From: an uncultured delta proteobacterium
GTDB taxonomy: Bacteria; Myxococcota; Myxococcia; Myxococcales; Myxococcaceae
NCBI GenBank assembly: GCA_963796055.1
Contig: CAWCKH010000001.1
Span: 224,001-288,000, forward strand
Direction: 5' to 3'
Length of the DNA: 64,000 nt
Position numbers and translations under genes: made by a program. This document shows positions 1 through 9,342 of the stretch, piece after piece; position 1 is the first letter of the stretch; every line of letters begins with the position of its first letter. Below the pieces are notes generated by a model. It did no database searches. It had not been told where the DNA came from and saw nothing but the letters and a program-made list of their open reading frames with translations.

Positions 1-1520
1 AGGAGAAGAAGGCGGTGATCATGATCCGCGCCGAGACCAAGCCGGACGACGTGCACGGCATGCTCGCCGCGAGGGGCATCCTCACCAGCCGCGGCGGGCG
101 GACCAGCCACGCGGCGCTGGTGGCACGGCAGTTCGGCAAGCCGGCGGTGGTGGGGGTCATGGCGCTGGAGGTGGACGCCGAGAAGAAGGAAGCCACCATC
201 AAGCGCTCCAGTGTGGTGCTCCGCGAGGGCGACTGGGTCTCCATCGACGGGACCACCGGCGAGGTGTTCCTCGGGCAGGTGGAGACAATGCAGCCGTCGC
301 TGGACGACCCGGCGCTGATCGAGCTCCTCGGCTGGGCCGACCGGTTCCGCCGGCTGGGGGTCTGGGCCAACGCCGACTACCCGCGGGACGCCGAGCGGGC
401 GCGGGCGCTGGGCGCCGAGGGCATCGGACTGTGCCGGACCGAGCACATGTTCTTCGAGACCGAGCGGCTGCCCCTGGTGCAGACGCTGATCCTCTCCCGC
501 TCGGAGGACGAGCGGCGCGAGCTGCTGGCGAAGCTGCTGCCGCTGCAGCGCAGTGACTTCGAGGGGCTGTTCCGGGCGATGAATGGACAGCCGGTGACCA
601 TCCGGCTCCTCAATCCGCCGCTGCACGAGTTCCTCCCTGCCCACGACACCCTGCTCAGGGAGGTCACCGAGCTGGAGACCCGCCTCGAGCTGCGCTCGGG
701 GAACGCCAAGGACCAGACCCGCGACCTGGAGGGCAAGCGGACGATGCTCGGCGCGGTGGAGCGATTGCGGGAGATGAACCCGATGCTCGGGCTCCGCGGC
801 GTCCGACTGGGCATCCACATGCCGGGCCTGGTCCGGATGCAGGTGCGGGCCATCTTCGAGGCGGCCTGCAACTGCGCCGAGGCGGGCATCGAGGTCTACC
901 CGAAGATCATGATCCCCCTCGTCACCCACAGGAATGAGCTCCGCTGGGAGCAGCGGGCGCTCGAGGCCGAGGCCAAGCAGGTCATGGCGGAGCGGAAGCG
1001 GAAGGTGCGCTACCAGTTCGGGACGATGATCGAGGTCCCCCGGGCGGCGGTCACCGCCGACGAGATCGCCTCGCTGGCGCAGTTCTTCTCCTTCGGGACC
1101 AACGACCTCACCCAGACCACCTTCGGCATCTCACGGGACGACGCCGAGACCAGCTTCCTCTCCGAGTACCTCACCCAGGGCATCCTCCCCGAGAACCCGT
1201 TCGATCACCTGGACGAGGGCGGGGTAGGGCGGCTGATGGAGATGGCCGTCCGGCTCGGGCGCAAGGCCCGGCCGGGGTTGAACATCGGCATCTGCGGAGA
1301 GCACGGCGGCGACCCGAAGAGCATCGACTTCTGCCACCGACTCGGGCTGGACTACGTGTCCTGCTCGCCGTTCCGGGTGCCGGTCGCACGGCTGGCGGCG
1401 GCCCATGCGGCGCTCCGGGAGGGCAAGAAGGGGGCCGCTGACCGGGCTCAGGCTCAGCGCGGAGGCAAGGTCGGGTCCGGCACCCGGCCCGGATCGTTCG
1501 GCGCCCGCGTCGGAGTGTAG
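1..1520 (+). CDS. ppdK: Pyruvate, phosphate dikinase, C-terminal part (5' end outside window)
   Basis: Phospho-His motif GGRTSHAALVAR, plus GAEGIGLCRTEHMFF, EMNPMLGLRG, FSFGTNDLTQ and GICGEHGGDP; frame is open from the window edge. Confidence 0.96.
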   Translation, partial: EKKAVIMIRAETKPDDVHGMLAARGILTSRGGRTSHAALVARQFGKPAVVGVMALEVDAEKKEATIKRSSVVLREGDWVSIDGTTGEVFLGQVETMQPSLDDPALIELLGWADRFRRLGVWANADYPRDAERARALGAEGIGLCRTEHMFFETERLPLVQTLILSRSEDERRELLAKLLPLQRSDFEGLFRAMNGQPVTIRLLNPPLHEFLPAHDTLLREVTELETRLELRSGNAKDQTRDLEGKRTMLGAVERLREMNPMLGLRGVRLGIHMPGLVRMQVRAIFEAACNCAEAGIEVYPKIMIPLVTHRNELRWEQRALEAEAKQVMAERKRKVRYQFGTMIEVPRAAVTADEIASLAQFFSFGTNDLTQTTFGISRDDAETSFLSEYLTQGILPENPFDHLDEGGVGRLMEMAVRLGRKARPGLNIGICGEHGGDPKSIDFCHRLGLDYVSCSPFRVPVARLAAAHAALREGKKGAADRAQAQRGGKVGSGTRPGSFGARVGV

Positions 1521-1702
1521 GGCGCCGTGGAGTAGGGGTTCCCGCACTGGCAGACCCGGCACCCTCGGCTGCTGTCGCGGGTGCAGTCGGGCGTCGTGGC
1601 GCAGCGCAGCCCTTGCGACTCGGGGCAGAGATCCTTGTCGTTCATCGCGCACGCCGGGACGAGCGCGAGCGCCAGGGTGGCGGCGAGCAGGTGCGGGCGC
1701 AT
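1454..1702 (-). CDS. Small Cys-rich lipoprotein
   Basis: Signal peptide with lipobox-like LVPAC followed by six more Cys; 67-nt convergent overlap with the ppdK 3' tail. Confidence 0.7.
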   Translation of the reverse strand: MRPHLLAATLALALVPACAMNDKDLCPESQGLRCATTPDCTRDSSRGCRVCQCGNPYSTAPYTPTRAPNDPGRVPDPTLPPR

Positions 1703-1736
1703 GGTCCCGCACCCTACCGCGCCTCGCGTGCCGCGC

Positions 1737-2810
1737 TCAGCGCGAGGACATGTGCTTTCCCGTCCAGAGGCTCTTGGGGATCATGCAGTGGACGCCCTTG
1801 CGCACGTCCACCACCTGGCTCACGCGACAATCGGCCGCGATTGCAACCAGCGAGTAGGCCTCGTCTCGGCTCAGGCCCTTGGTGGTGCTGAGAAAATCGA
1901 CCGCCTCGGCGACCGCGCTGGTCATCGCCTTCCCCAGATCTTCGTCGAAGCCCACGGTGATCCAGTGAGTCTTGGTCTCGATGCGCGGCCAGGTGAGCTT
2001 CATGTCCTTGCGAACGATGGGCTGGAGCTCGATCTCCTCGAACGAGCACTCGATCGCCGTGAGGTTCACCTCACCGTTCCCCTGGGCGCAGTGCGAGTCG
2101 CCGGTCCAGATCAGGCCGCCCTCGAGAAACACCGGGATGAAGATGGTGGACCCGGCGGTCAGCTCGTTGATGTCCATGTTCGAGCCGTTCTTCCAGGGAC
2201 GCAGCGTGCTCACCGGCGCCATCGGGTCCTTCACTCCGCCCTTCCGGGGGGAGGGGTCGGCGGGATCGATGCCCACCGCCAGCGTGCCGGGAAAGGGCTT
2301 GAGGGGGATCTCGATGCCGGGCTTGAAGACGACGGTGGGCTTCTTGGGATCGATGTCGAAGTAGTGGACGTGCCCCTCGGGAAACTCCGGGGCGAGGGCG
2401 CCGATGGTGGGAAACTCCTTGCCTGGGAGGTTGAAGTTCGCGCCCACCTTCTTGGGGACGATCTTCAGGATCCGGATCTCCATCACGTCGCCGGGCATCG
2501 CGCCCTTCACGTAGATGGGGCCGGTGATCGAGTGCGGGCCGCCGCCGGGGTTGGCCTTCCGGAGCTCGACAATCTTCTCCATCGTCGTGCCCTTCTGGAT
2601 CTGATCCCTGGCATGCATGAGCGTCTCGATGGAGACGATCTCGCCGGACTCGATGGTCAGCTTCGGCGGCTCCTTCGGGTCCAGCCATCCCCACTGCACG
2701 GTCTCGGGGGAGGCCTTGAGGCGGTGGACCTTGGGTGCCTCGGCGGCGTGGACCACTGCGGAGAGCACGGCGGCGCCCACGAGCGCCGGGCGCAGGACCT
2801 TGTGCAACAT
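1737..2810 (-). CDS. Acetamidase/formamidase family protein with signal peptide
   Basis: GPHSITGPIYVKGAMPGD, NMDINEL, GDSHCAQGNGEV and VSQVVD motifs; start set at ATG 2810 (MLHKVLRPALVG...VHA). Confidence 0.9.
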   Translation of the reverse strand: MLHKVLRPALVGAAVLSAVVHAAEAPKVHRLKASPETVQWGWLDPKEPPKLTIESGEIVSIETLMHARDQIQKGTTMEKIVELRKANPGGGPHSITGPIYVKGAMPGDVMEIRILKIVPKKVGANFNLPGKEFPTIGALAPEFPEGHVHYFDIDPKKPTVVFKPGIEIPLKPFPGTLAVGIDPADPSPRKGGVKDPMAPVSTLRPWKNGSNMDINELTAGSTIFIPVFLEGGLIWTGDSHCAQGNGEVNLTAIECSFEEIELQPIVRKDMKLTWPRIETKTHWITVGFDEDLGKAMTSAVAEAVDFLSTTKGLSRDEAYSLVAIAADCRVSQVVDVRKGVHCMIPKSLWTGKHMSSR

Positions 2811-2857
2811 GTCTGTCTTCCCCTCGTCTGGCCGCCTGGAGATGGGCAGCTGGGCGG

Positions 2858-2887
2858 AGGGTAGGTGACCTGGACACAACGCGTCAA
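2858..2887 (-). promoter_or_regulatory. Possible sigma70-type promoter for the acetamidase gene
   Basis: Minus strand TTGACG-N18-TACCCT, ~50 nt upstream of the ATG. Confidence 0.3.
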
Positions 2888-2988
2888 ACCGACCGTTCGG
2901 TCCGCGCGCAAGCTCTCGCAATTGCGTTGATTCGTCCGCCCGGCCTCCTAAGCTCCGCCCGTGCAGCCTCGCCCCAGAGCTCCGCACC

Positions 2989-3981
2989 TTGCGGGCCCGG
3001 CTCGCCCTGCCGGTGGGGCTACTGGTTGCCACCCACCTGGTGGGCATCCTCGGCTACCACTGGCTGTGGCGCGACCGGGGCGGCACCTGGATGGATGCCC
3101 TGTTCATGACCTTCACCACCGTGGCCACCATCGGCTACGGCGAGGTGAAGCCGCTCGACGACGTGGGGCGGATCTTCACCATCCTCATCGCGGTCACCGG
3201 GATCGGCAGCCTCTTCTACACCTTCTCGGTCGGCCTCGATCACCTCACCAGCGACTCGATCCGGCTCTCGCGGAGGAAACGGCGCATGCAGGAGCGGATC
3301 GACAAGCTGGAGCGGCACTTCGTGGTGGCCGGCTACGGGCGGGTGGGGCGGGAGGCGGCGCACGAGCTGCGCCAGGCCCGGGTCCCGGTGGTGGTGGTGG
3401 ACCCCGGACCGGCGGCGGGGCGCATCGCCGCCGAGGCGGGCTTCCTGGTCCTGGAGGGTGATGCCGCCGAGGACACGGTGCTCGAACGCGCCGGGGTGCG
3501 CCGGGCACGGGGCCTGGTGGTCACCACCGCCAACGACGCGACCAACCTCTACGTCATCCTCTCCGCCCGGCTCCTGAATCCCAACCTCTTCATCGCCTCT
3601 CGTGCGGTGGACGAGACCTCGGCGCCCAAGCTGCTGAGGGCCGGAGCCAACCGGGCCATCAGCCCCTATGCCATCGGCGGGCGACGGCTTGCGCACCTGA
3701 TGCTCAGCCCGCGGGTGGTGGACTTCTTCGAGACCGCGCTGCAGCGCGGCAAGCAGGCCCTCCGGATCGCCGATCTGCAGATCTCGGCCTCGGCCACCCA
3801 GCGAACCCTCGGGGTGCTGATGGGGGGTGCCGCGGCGGGAGTCACCGTGCTGGCGGTGCTCCGGGGGGACCAGGTGGTGCGGTCGCCGGACCCGGCCTTC
3901 TCGCTCGGCCCGGACGACCACCTGCTGGTCCTCGGGACGGACGAGCAAATCGAGGCGCTGGAGAGCGCGATGTCCCAGTAG
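2989..3981 (+). CDS. Potassium channel, 2TM + RCK (TrkA-N) family
   Basis: Selectivity filter TVATIGYG between two TM helices; Rossmann-like VAGYGRVG RCK domain; TTG start uncertain. Confidence 0.92.
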   Translation: MRARLALPVGLLVATHLVGILGYHWLWRDRGGTWMDALFMTFTTVATIGYGEVKPLDDVGRIFTILIAVTGIGSLFYTFSVGLDHLTSDSIRLSRRKRRMQERIDKLERHFVVAGYGRVGREAAHELRQARVPVVVVDPGPAAGRIAAEAGFLVLEGDAAEDTVLERAGVRRARGLVVTTANDATNLYVILSARLLNPNLFIASRAVDETSAPKLLRAGANRAISPYAIGGRRLAHLMLSPRVVDFFETALQRGKQALRIADLQISASATQRTLGVLMGGAAAGVTVLAVLRGDQVVRSPDPAFSLGPDDHLLVLGTDEQIEALESAMSQ

Positions 3982-3991
3982 CTCCGGACGC

Positions 3992-4909
3992 TCACTCCTC
4001 CGTCGCGATGGCCCGCGGCACGGCTCGCCAGGACTGGACCAGGACGATCCCGGCCGCCACGGCTGCGAGCCCGAAGCCGTCCAGGGGACGCACCGGCTCG
4101 CCGAGCAGCAGCGCCCCAAGCGCGAGCCCGAAGATGGGCGTCAGGAAGTAGAAGGCGCTCACCCGGCTCGCCTCTCCGTGGCGCAGGAGCCAGAACCACA
4201 GGAACGACGCACCGAGGCTCATGACCAGGACCAGGTAGGCCAGGCTCAGCGAGAACGACGCCGTGGGCACCAGGTGGGGCGCGCCCTCCAGCAGCGCGGC
4301 CAGCGGGAGCAGCAGCAGCGACGCGGTGCCGAGCTGGACGGTGTTGGCCGCCAGGAGATCCTCCGGCGTCCGCAGCCGCTTGAACACCACGGTCGATCCG
4401 ACCAGCGCCACCACCCCCACGAAGGCGAGCAGCACGTCGGCAGGACGGGCCGCCTGCGTCCCGGCGCGCGCGGACATCGCCATCAGGACGCCGCCGAAGC
4501 CCAGCAGCAGCCCGACGACCTTCCTCACCGTGAGCGGCTCGTCGAGCAGCGCCGGGGCGACCAGGGCCAGCAGGAGCGGGTTGGTGCTGGCGATGATCGC
4601 CCCCATCCCGGAGGAGAGGTGCCGGAGCGCCTCGTAGGTGCAGCCGAGGTACGCCGCGTTGGCCAGGACCCCGTAACCGGCGATCTGCGTCCAGGCGCCC
4701 GGCGTCCGCGGCCACGGCCTCCGGAGCGCCACCACCACGCAGGCCATCAGCGCCGAGGCGATGGCGAACCGGACGGTCAGCACCCAGAGGGGCTGGCCGA
4801 GCCGGGACAGCACACGGCTGGGAACGAAGGCCGAAGCCCAGAGGAAGACGTAGAGCAGCGCGAGGGCGGTGCCGGCGCGGCCGTGGGCACGGAGCGGGGA
4901 GGCGATCAT
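3992..4909 (-). CDS. DMT/EamA family transporter
   Basis: About 10 TM segments; LWASAF, LTVRF and FYFLTPIFG...LLGEP EamA patterns. Confidence 0.9.
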   Translation of the reverse strand: MIASPLRAHGRAGTALALLYVFLWASAFVPSRVLSRLGQPLWVLTVRFAIASALMACVVVALRRPWPRTPGAWTQIAGYGVLANAAYLGCTYEALRHLSSGMGAIIASTNPLLLALVAPALLDEPLTVRKVVGLLLGFGGVLMAMSARAGTQAARPADVLLAFVGVVALVGSTVVFKRLRTPEDLLAANTVQLGTASLLLLPLAALLEGAPHLVPTASFSLSLAYLVLVMSLGASFLWFWLLRHGEASRVSAFYFLTPIFGLALGALLLGEPVRPLDGFGLAAVAAGIVLVQSWRAVPRAIATEE

Positions 4910-5025
4910 CGAGGCCCCGGGGACACTGGCATCCCTGCGGCCAGGTGCAATGCACAGATCCGGCGAGGCGCCCGGGGGTCAGCTGGGCAGCCGCCGAGCT
5001 GTGTCCGCCAGACGGCGGCTCCGGC

Positions 5026-5595
5026 TCACACCCCTCGGATTCCCAGCAGGTCGTCGGCCACCGCGGCGCCGACTCCGATGGCGAGGCTCCCGAGGTACAC
5101 CGCGGTCACTCCGAGCCAGCGCTGGCGCCGGAAGGGGAAGGTCCGGGCGGCCAGGAAGGAGAGCGTCCCGAAGCCCAGCCAGACCGCGAGGAGGATCGTG
5201 AAACGCTCCGCAGGGACCCGCGTCAGCGCGAGCACAATCTCCCCCTCGTCGGAGAAGGGGCGCGCGCCGCCTACGGCGCGCTCGAGATCGAACGTGAGCG
5301 GAAACAGTCGCAAGCTCGCCTGGGTGAATGCCGCAGTCGCCCAGGCGAACGAGGGGCGCCTCTGCGCGATTGCCAGCAGCACGATCGCCAGCGCCAGCGT
5401 GACCAGCGGCCCGCCGGCCTTGCCCCACAGCCGAAGGGACTCGGAGACGGGAACGGTCGGGTCCACCCGCTGGAAGCCCATCCGGGCAGGTGTCCCGCTC
5501 AGCCAGAACACGGCGCGATGACCGAGCTCGTGCAGCTCGATGGCCGCCGCCGAAAGGACCGTCACCAGCGTCGCGCGGCGGACGAAGTTGGTCAC
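5026..5595 (-). CDS. Membrane protein with HExxH motif (M50-like metalloprotease candidate)
   Basis: LHELGH after the first TM, then AGGP and FSDE motifs; multiple TMs. Confidence 0.6.
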   Translation of the reverse strand: MTNFVRRATLVTVLSAAAIELHELGHRAVFWLSGTPARMGFQRVDPTVPVSESLRLWGKAGGPLVTLALAIVLLAIAQRRPSFAWATAAFTQASLRLFPLTFDLERAVGGARPFSDEGEIVLALTRVPAERFTILLAVWLGFGTLSFLAARTFPFRRQRWLGVTAVYLGSLAIGVGAAVADDLLGIRGV

Positions 5596-5603
5596 GCCTC
5601 CTC

Positions 5604-6179
5604 CTACCCGGCGCGCAGGTGCTCGACGAGAATCTTCACCCCGAGGCCGATGAGGATGATGCCGCCGAGCATGTCCAGCCGGCGCCCCAGCATCGCTCCG
5701 GCCCGACGTCCGACCACGAGTCCCACCACGCAGAGCACCGCGGTGGTCACGCCGATGGTGGTCACCGAGAGCGCGAACGGCGCGTCGAGCATCGGCAGGG
5801 TGATGCCCACCGCCAGCGCGTCGATGCTCGTCGCCACCGCCAGAGCGAGCATGACCCGGAGACCGAACAGATCTGCCTCGCTCCGCGGCGCCGCGTCGGC
5901 CTTCGCAGAGTGGGCCTCCCAGAGCATCTTCCCTCCGATGGCCCCCAGCAGGACGAAGGCGATCCAGTGGTCCCAGGCCTCGACCAGCGGACCGATCCGC
6001 GCGCCGATCAGCCAGCCCACGATGGGCATCAGGGCCTGGAACCCACCGAAGAACAGCGCCACCAGGAGCGCGTGACGCGCACGCACCACGGGCACAGCCA
6101 TTCCCCGCGCCGCCGACACCGCGGTCGCATCCATCGCCAGCCCCACCGAGAGGGCGAGGATGGCACCGAACTTCATCAC
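5604..6179 (-). CDS. mntP: Manganese efflux pump MntP family
   Basis: GLAMDATAVS, FGGFQALMP, DHWIAF and ATSIDALAVG signatures. Confidence 0.93.
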   Translation of the reverse strand: MMKFGAILALSVGLAMDATAVSAARGMAVPVVRARHALLVALFFGGFQALMPIVGWLIGARIGPLVEAWDHWIAFVLLGAIGGKMLWEAHSAKADAAPRSEADLFGLRVMLALAVATSIDALAVGITLPMLDAPFALSVTTIGVTTAVLCVVGLVVGRRAGAMLGRRLDMLGGIILIGLGVKILVEHLRAG

Positions 6180-6333
6180 CAGAAGCTCCTGGTCACGGGG
6201 ACGGCCCTTCTACACGGGAGGGACCCGGAAGCGCTCGCCTGCCCACCATGACCGCACACAGGCGACGCGCATTCCATCCGCCCCGGCCGCAGGCCATCGG
6301 CCTTTGCCCAGGCCGCACCCCCGATCCCGACGC

Positions 6334-7440
6334 TCAGGCCGCAGGCGTTCGCGCGCTGGCCGCAGCGGCGGGGGAGGGCTGGGCCGCAGCCGTCGGCTCG
6401 CCCTCCAGAACCCAGGCCTCGAGCAGGGTGTAGCTCACGGCGAGGATGACCGGGCCGATGAAGAGCCCGATGACCCCGAACCCGAGCAGCCCCCCGATGA
6501 CTCCCGCGAAGATCAGGAGAATCGGCAGGTTCGCGCCCCGGGTGATCAGCCACGGGCGGAGCACGTTGTCCATCGTCAGGACCACCAGCGTCCAGAGCAG
6601 GAAGAACGTGCCGCGCCCGGGGGAGCCCGACCAGTAGAGCCAGACGACTCCTGGCACCATCACCAGGAATGGGCCCAGCTGCGCGATGCAGAGCAGGAAG
6701 ACCACCGCGGTGAGAAGTCCGGCGCGGGGGATTCCAGCGATGGCCATCCCGATGCCGGCGAGGGCGGACTGGATCAATGCGGTGACGATGACCCCCAGAG
6801 CGACCGCCCGGATGGCCTGTCCGGCGAGTACCACGGCGGACTCGCCTTTCTGCCCGGCGAGGCGACGAAAGAAGAGCATGACCCCCCGCGCCGCGACGTC
6901 GCCCTTGGCGTAGAGGACGATGGCGATGATCACCATCACCAGGAAGTGCACCAGCACGGTGCCGAAGCTTCCCGCCTGTTTCCCGAACCAGCGCACGACC
7001 TCGCCGACGTACGGCTCGAGCTTTGCCGAGATCGCTCCGGGCTCTGCCTGGGAGAGCTCGGTCCAGGTACGAGCGAGCCGGGCGCCGAGCGGAAACGAAA
7101 CGACCCAGTCCGGTGGCGGCGGGATCTTGAGCGTGGGAAGCGAGCGCACCAGCTGGACGAGCCGGTCCGACTGCTCGATGACCGTGTCCACGGCCAGGTA
7201 GACCGGAACCACGATGATCGCCAGGAGGACGAGCGCCATCACCGCGACCGCGGGTCCACGGCGGCGCCCGAGCCGCGCCTGGAGTCGCCGGAGCAGGGGC
7301 CAGGTGGCGACGACGATCGTCACCGCCCAGATGCCCGGCCCGAGGAAGGGCCGGACCACCCACAGGCTGCCCAGGAGCAGGCCGGCGAGGAACACGATCG
7401 ACATCACCGTCCGCGGAAGGTTGTTGATCGGCGTCCGCAT
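6334..7440 (-). CDS. ydiK: AI-2E family transporter, YdiK-like
   Basis: VVATWPLL, AIRAVALGVIVTALIQ, DNVLRPWLI and GLFIGPVILAV motifs. Confidence 0.85.
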   Translation of the reverse strand: MRTPINNLPRTVMSIVFLAGLLLGSLWVVRPFLGPGIWAVTIVVATWPLLRRLQARLGRRRGPAVAVMALVLLAIIVVPVYLAVDTVIEQSDRLVQLVRSLPTLKIPPPPDWVVSFPLGARLARTWTELSQAEPGAISAKLEPYVGEVVRWFGKQAGSFGTVLVHFLVMVIIAIVLYAKGDVAARGVMLFFRRLAGQKGESAVVLAGQAIRAVALGVIVTALIQSALAGIGMAIAGIPRAGLLTAVVFLLCIAQLGPFLVMVPGVVWLYWSGSPGRGTFFLLWTLVVLTMDNVLRPWLITRGANLPILLIFAGVIGGLLGFGVIGLFIGPVILAVSYTLLEAWVLEGEPTAAAQPSPAAAASARTPAA

Positions 7441-7492
7441 GGCATCCTCCGAAGCTGCACGACCGAGTCTAGAGGAACAGGAGCGAGGTGGG

Positions 7493-8326
7493 ATGAGACC
7501 AAGGTCTCACGGGAAGTCGCGGCGGTCATCGGGTCGGTCGAGGTCCAGGACTGCCCGGACCCCAGGACCAATCGCCGCGGAGGTGGAGGAGGTCCTCGCC
7601 TGGACCCGCTCCGCGATGCCAGCCGGTGGACGGGGGCTCCGGGTCCTGGAGGTCGGGTGCGGCCCGGGCTACCTCGCCGAGCGGCTGCTGAGAGGGGGGA
7701 TCCAGCTGACGGCGATCGACATCAGCGAGGAGGAGGTCCGCAGGGCCCGAGCGCGGGGAGTGCCGGCGATCGCCTCCGACTTCCTCTCTTTCGAGGGGCA
7801 GGACTTCGACGTGGTCCTGTTCACGCGCTCGCTCCACCACATCTCGCCGCTGGAGGCCGCGATCCGCAAGATTCGCGCGCTGCTCCGGCCCGGTGGCCTG
7901 GTGCTGGCCGACGAGTTCGCCCACGACGAGATCGACGCCGCGACCGCGACCTGGTTCTGGGATCTCCAGGCAGTCCTCGAGGAGGCCGGTGCCCTGGCGC
8001 CCGACGTCCGCCGGGGGCATCACCACCACCATGGAACGTCAGAGCAGCCCCCGGCTGACCCGGTGGAGCGCTGGCGCTGGCGGCACGTGCACGACCCGCC
8101 TCTTCATCCTGCCCGGGCGCTGATCACCGCCCTGGGGAGAGCCTTCGAGGTCACCACCCAGCAACGAGTCCCGTACCTGCATCGATACCTCTCCGATCGG
8201 CTCGAGAATTCGTCGCGAGGGACGCGGCTCTTCCTGCGGCTCCGCGCACTGGAGGAGCTCCGGATCGGACAGCGGCTGCTGGTTCCGATCGGGCTCCGGA
8301 TGGTGGCCAGGCACACCCGCGTTTGA
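7493..8326 (+). CDS. Class I SAM-dependent methyltransferase
   Basis: VLEVGCGPG motif I, FDVVLF..SLHH and LRPGG; internal His5 tract; start uncertain. Confidence 0.85.
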   Translation: MRPRSHGKSRRSSGRSRSRTARTPGPIAAEVEEVLAWTRSAMPAGGRGLRVLEVGCGPGYLAERLLRGGIQLTAIDISEEEVRRARARGVPAIASDFLSFEGQDFDVVLFTRSLHHISPLEAAIRKIRALLRPGGLVLADEFAHDEIDAATATWFWDLQAVLEEAGALAPDVRRGHHHHHGTSEQPPADPVERWRWRHVHDPPLHPARALITALGRAFEVTTQQRVPYLHRYLSDRLENSSRGTRLFLRLRALEELRIGQRLLVPIGLRMVARHTRV

Positions 8327-8422
8327 CCACGGGCCGTACGCCGGATACCGCCCCCGCTCTCTCATCAGCGTCCGATAAGATGCGTTATGTCAACTCGCCG
8401 GGGCGTGTACTGTTGGGCCCTG

Positions 8423-9232
8423 ATGCAGATCCGTCGCTGGTACGCAGGCACCTCGCTGCTCCTGGCAGCGCTGGTGACGACCGCTGCGCTCGGCGGAATC
8501 CTCCTGCCCTCGACGTACGGGCGCGAGGCGGCCAGCTGGGCCGCCCAGGGCGTCGGCCAGGACTGGGTGAATCTGCTGGTGGTCGCCCCGGCGATTGCAG
8601 TCCTGGCCGTCGCGGTGTCCCGCGGCTCACGCCGGGCGCGCCTGCTCCTCGGTGGAGCGCTGCTCTACGTCGCCTACTCCTTTCTGTTCTACGTCTTCGC
8701 CGTCCACTTCAACCGGCTCTTCCTCGTCTACTGCGCCTGTCTCGGGCTCGGGTTCTATGGGCTCCAGGCAGTGCTCCTCGAGCTGTGGCCCGAACCGATG
8801 TGGAACTGGTTCGACGTGGCGGCTCCCCGGCGGGCCGCCGGCACCTGGCTGGTGACTCTCGGCACCGCGTTCGCGGTGCTGTGGCTGTCACAGGTGGTCC
8901 CCGCGCTGTGGGAGGGAGGAGATCCCGTGGGGAGCGCCGAGCTTGGTCTGCTCACCAATCCGGCTCACGTGCTCGACCTCTCCTTCCTCTGCCCGCTCAT
9001 GCTGGCCACCGGCACCTCGGCGTTCCGCCGAGGCCGGCTCGGCGGAGTCATGGCCCCCATCCTCCTGGCGTTCAGCGTGGTCCTGGCCCTGGCCGTGGTG
9101 GGGAATGCTGTCTCGATGGAGCGACAGGGGGTCGGTCGCGCGATGCCGATGGCCGGCGCAGCGGGCGTGGTCGCGGTGGTGAGTATCGGTCTGCTGGTCC
9201 GCTTTCTTCGCGGTCCGCGCCGCCTGCGCTGA
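8423..9232 (+). CDS. Polytopic membrane protein, unknown function
   Basis: About 8 hydrophobic segments; GQDWVNL and NPAHVLDL motifs. Confidence 0.75.
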   Translation: MQIRRWYAGTSLLLAALVTTAALGGILLPSTYGREAASWAAQGVGQDWVNLLVVAPAIAVLAVAVSRGSRRARLLLGGALLYVAYSFLFYVFAVHFNRLFLVYCACLGLGFYGLQAVLLELWPEPMWNWFDVAAPRRAAGTWLVTLGTAFAVLWLSQVVPALWEGGDPVGSAELGLLTNPAHVLDLSFLCPLMLATGTSAFRRGRLGGVMAPILLAFSVVLALAVVGNAVSMERQGVGRAMPMAGAAGVVAVVSIGLLVRFLRGPRRLR

Positions 9233-9342
9233 TCTTCGAGGGACCTGCGGCGCTCCCTGACGCCGCGGCCCTGGAGGCGGTGGCGCGGCGCGCGGCGAGC
9301 CGGCGTGGCAACGCGCAAGCGCCCGGCCCCGACGGAGGACCG

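Noticed and set aside
6180..6333. yybP-ykoY manganese riboswitch upstream of mntP
   Set aside because: Expected from context, but I could not find the characteristic GGGGAGUAG-type core on the minus strand; an Infernal search would settle it.
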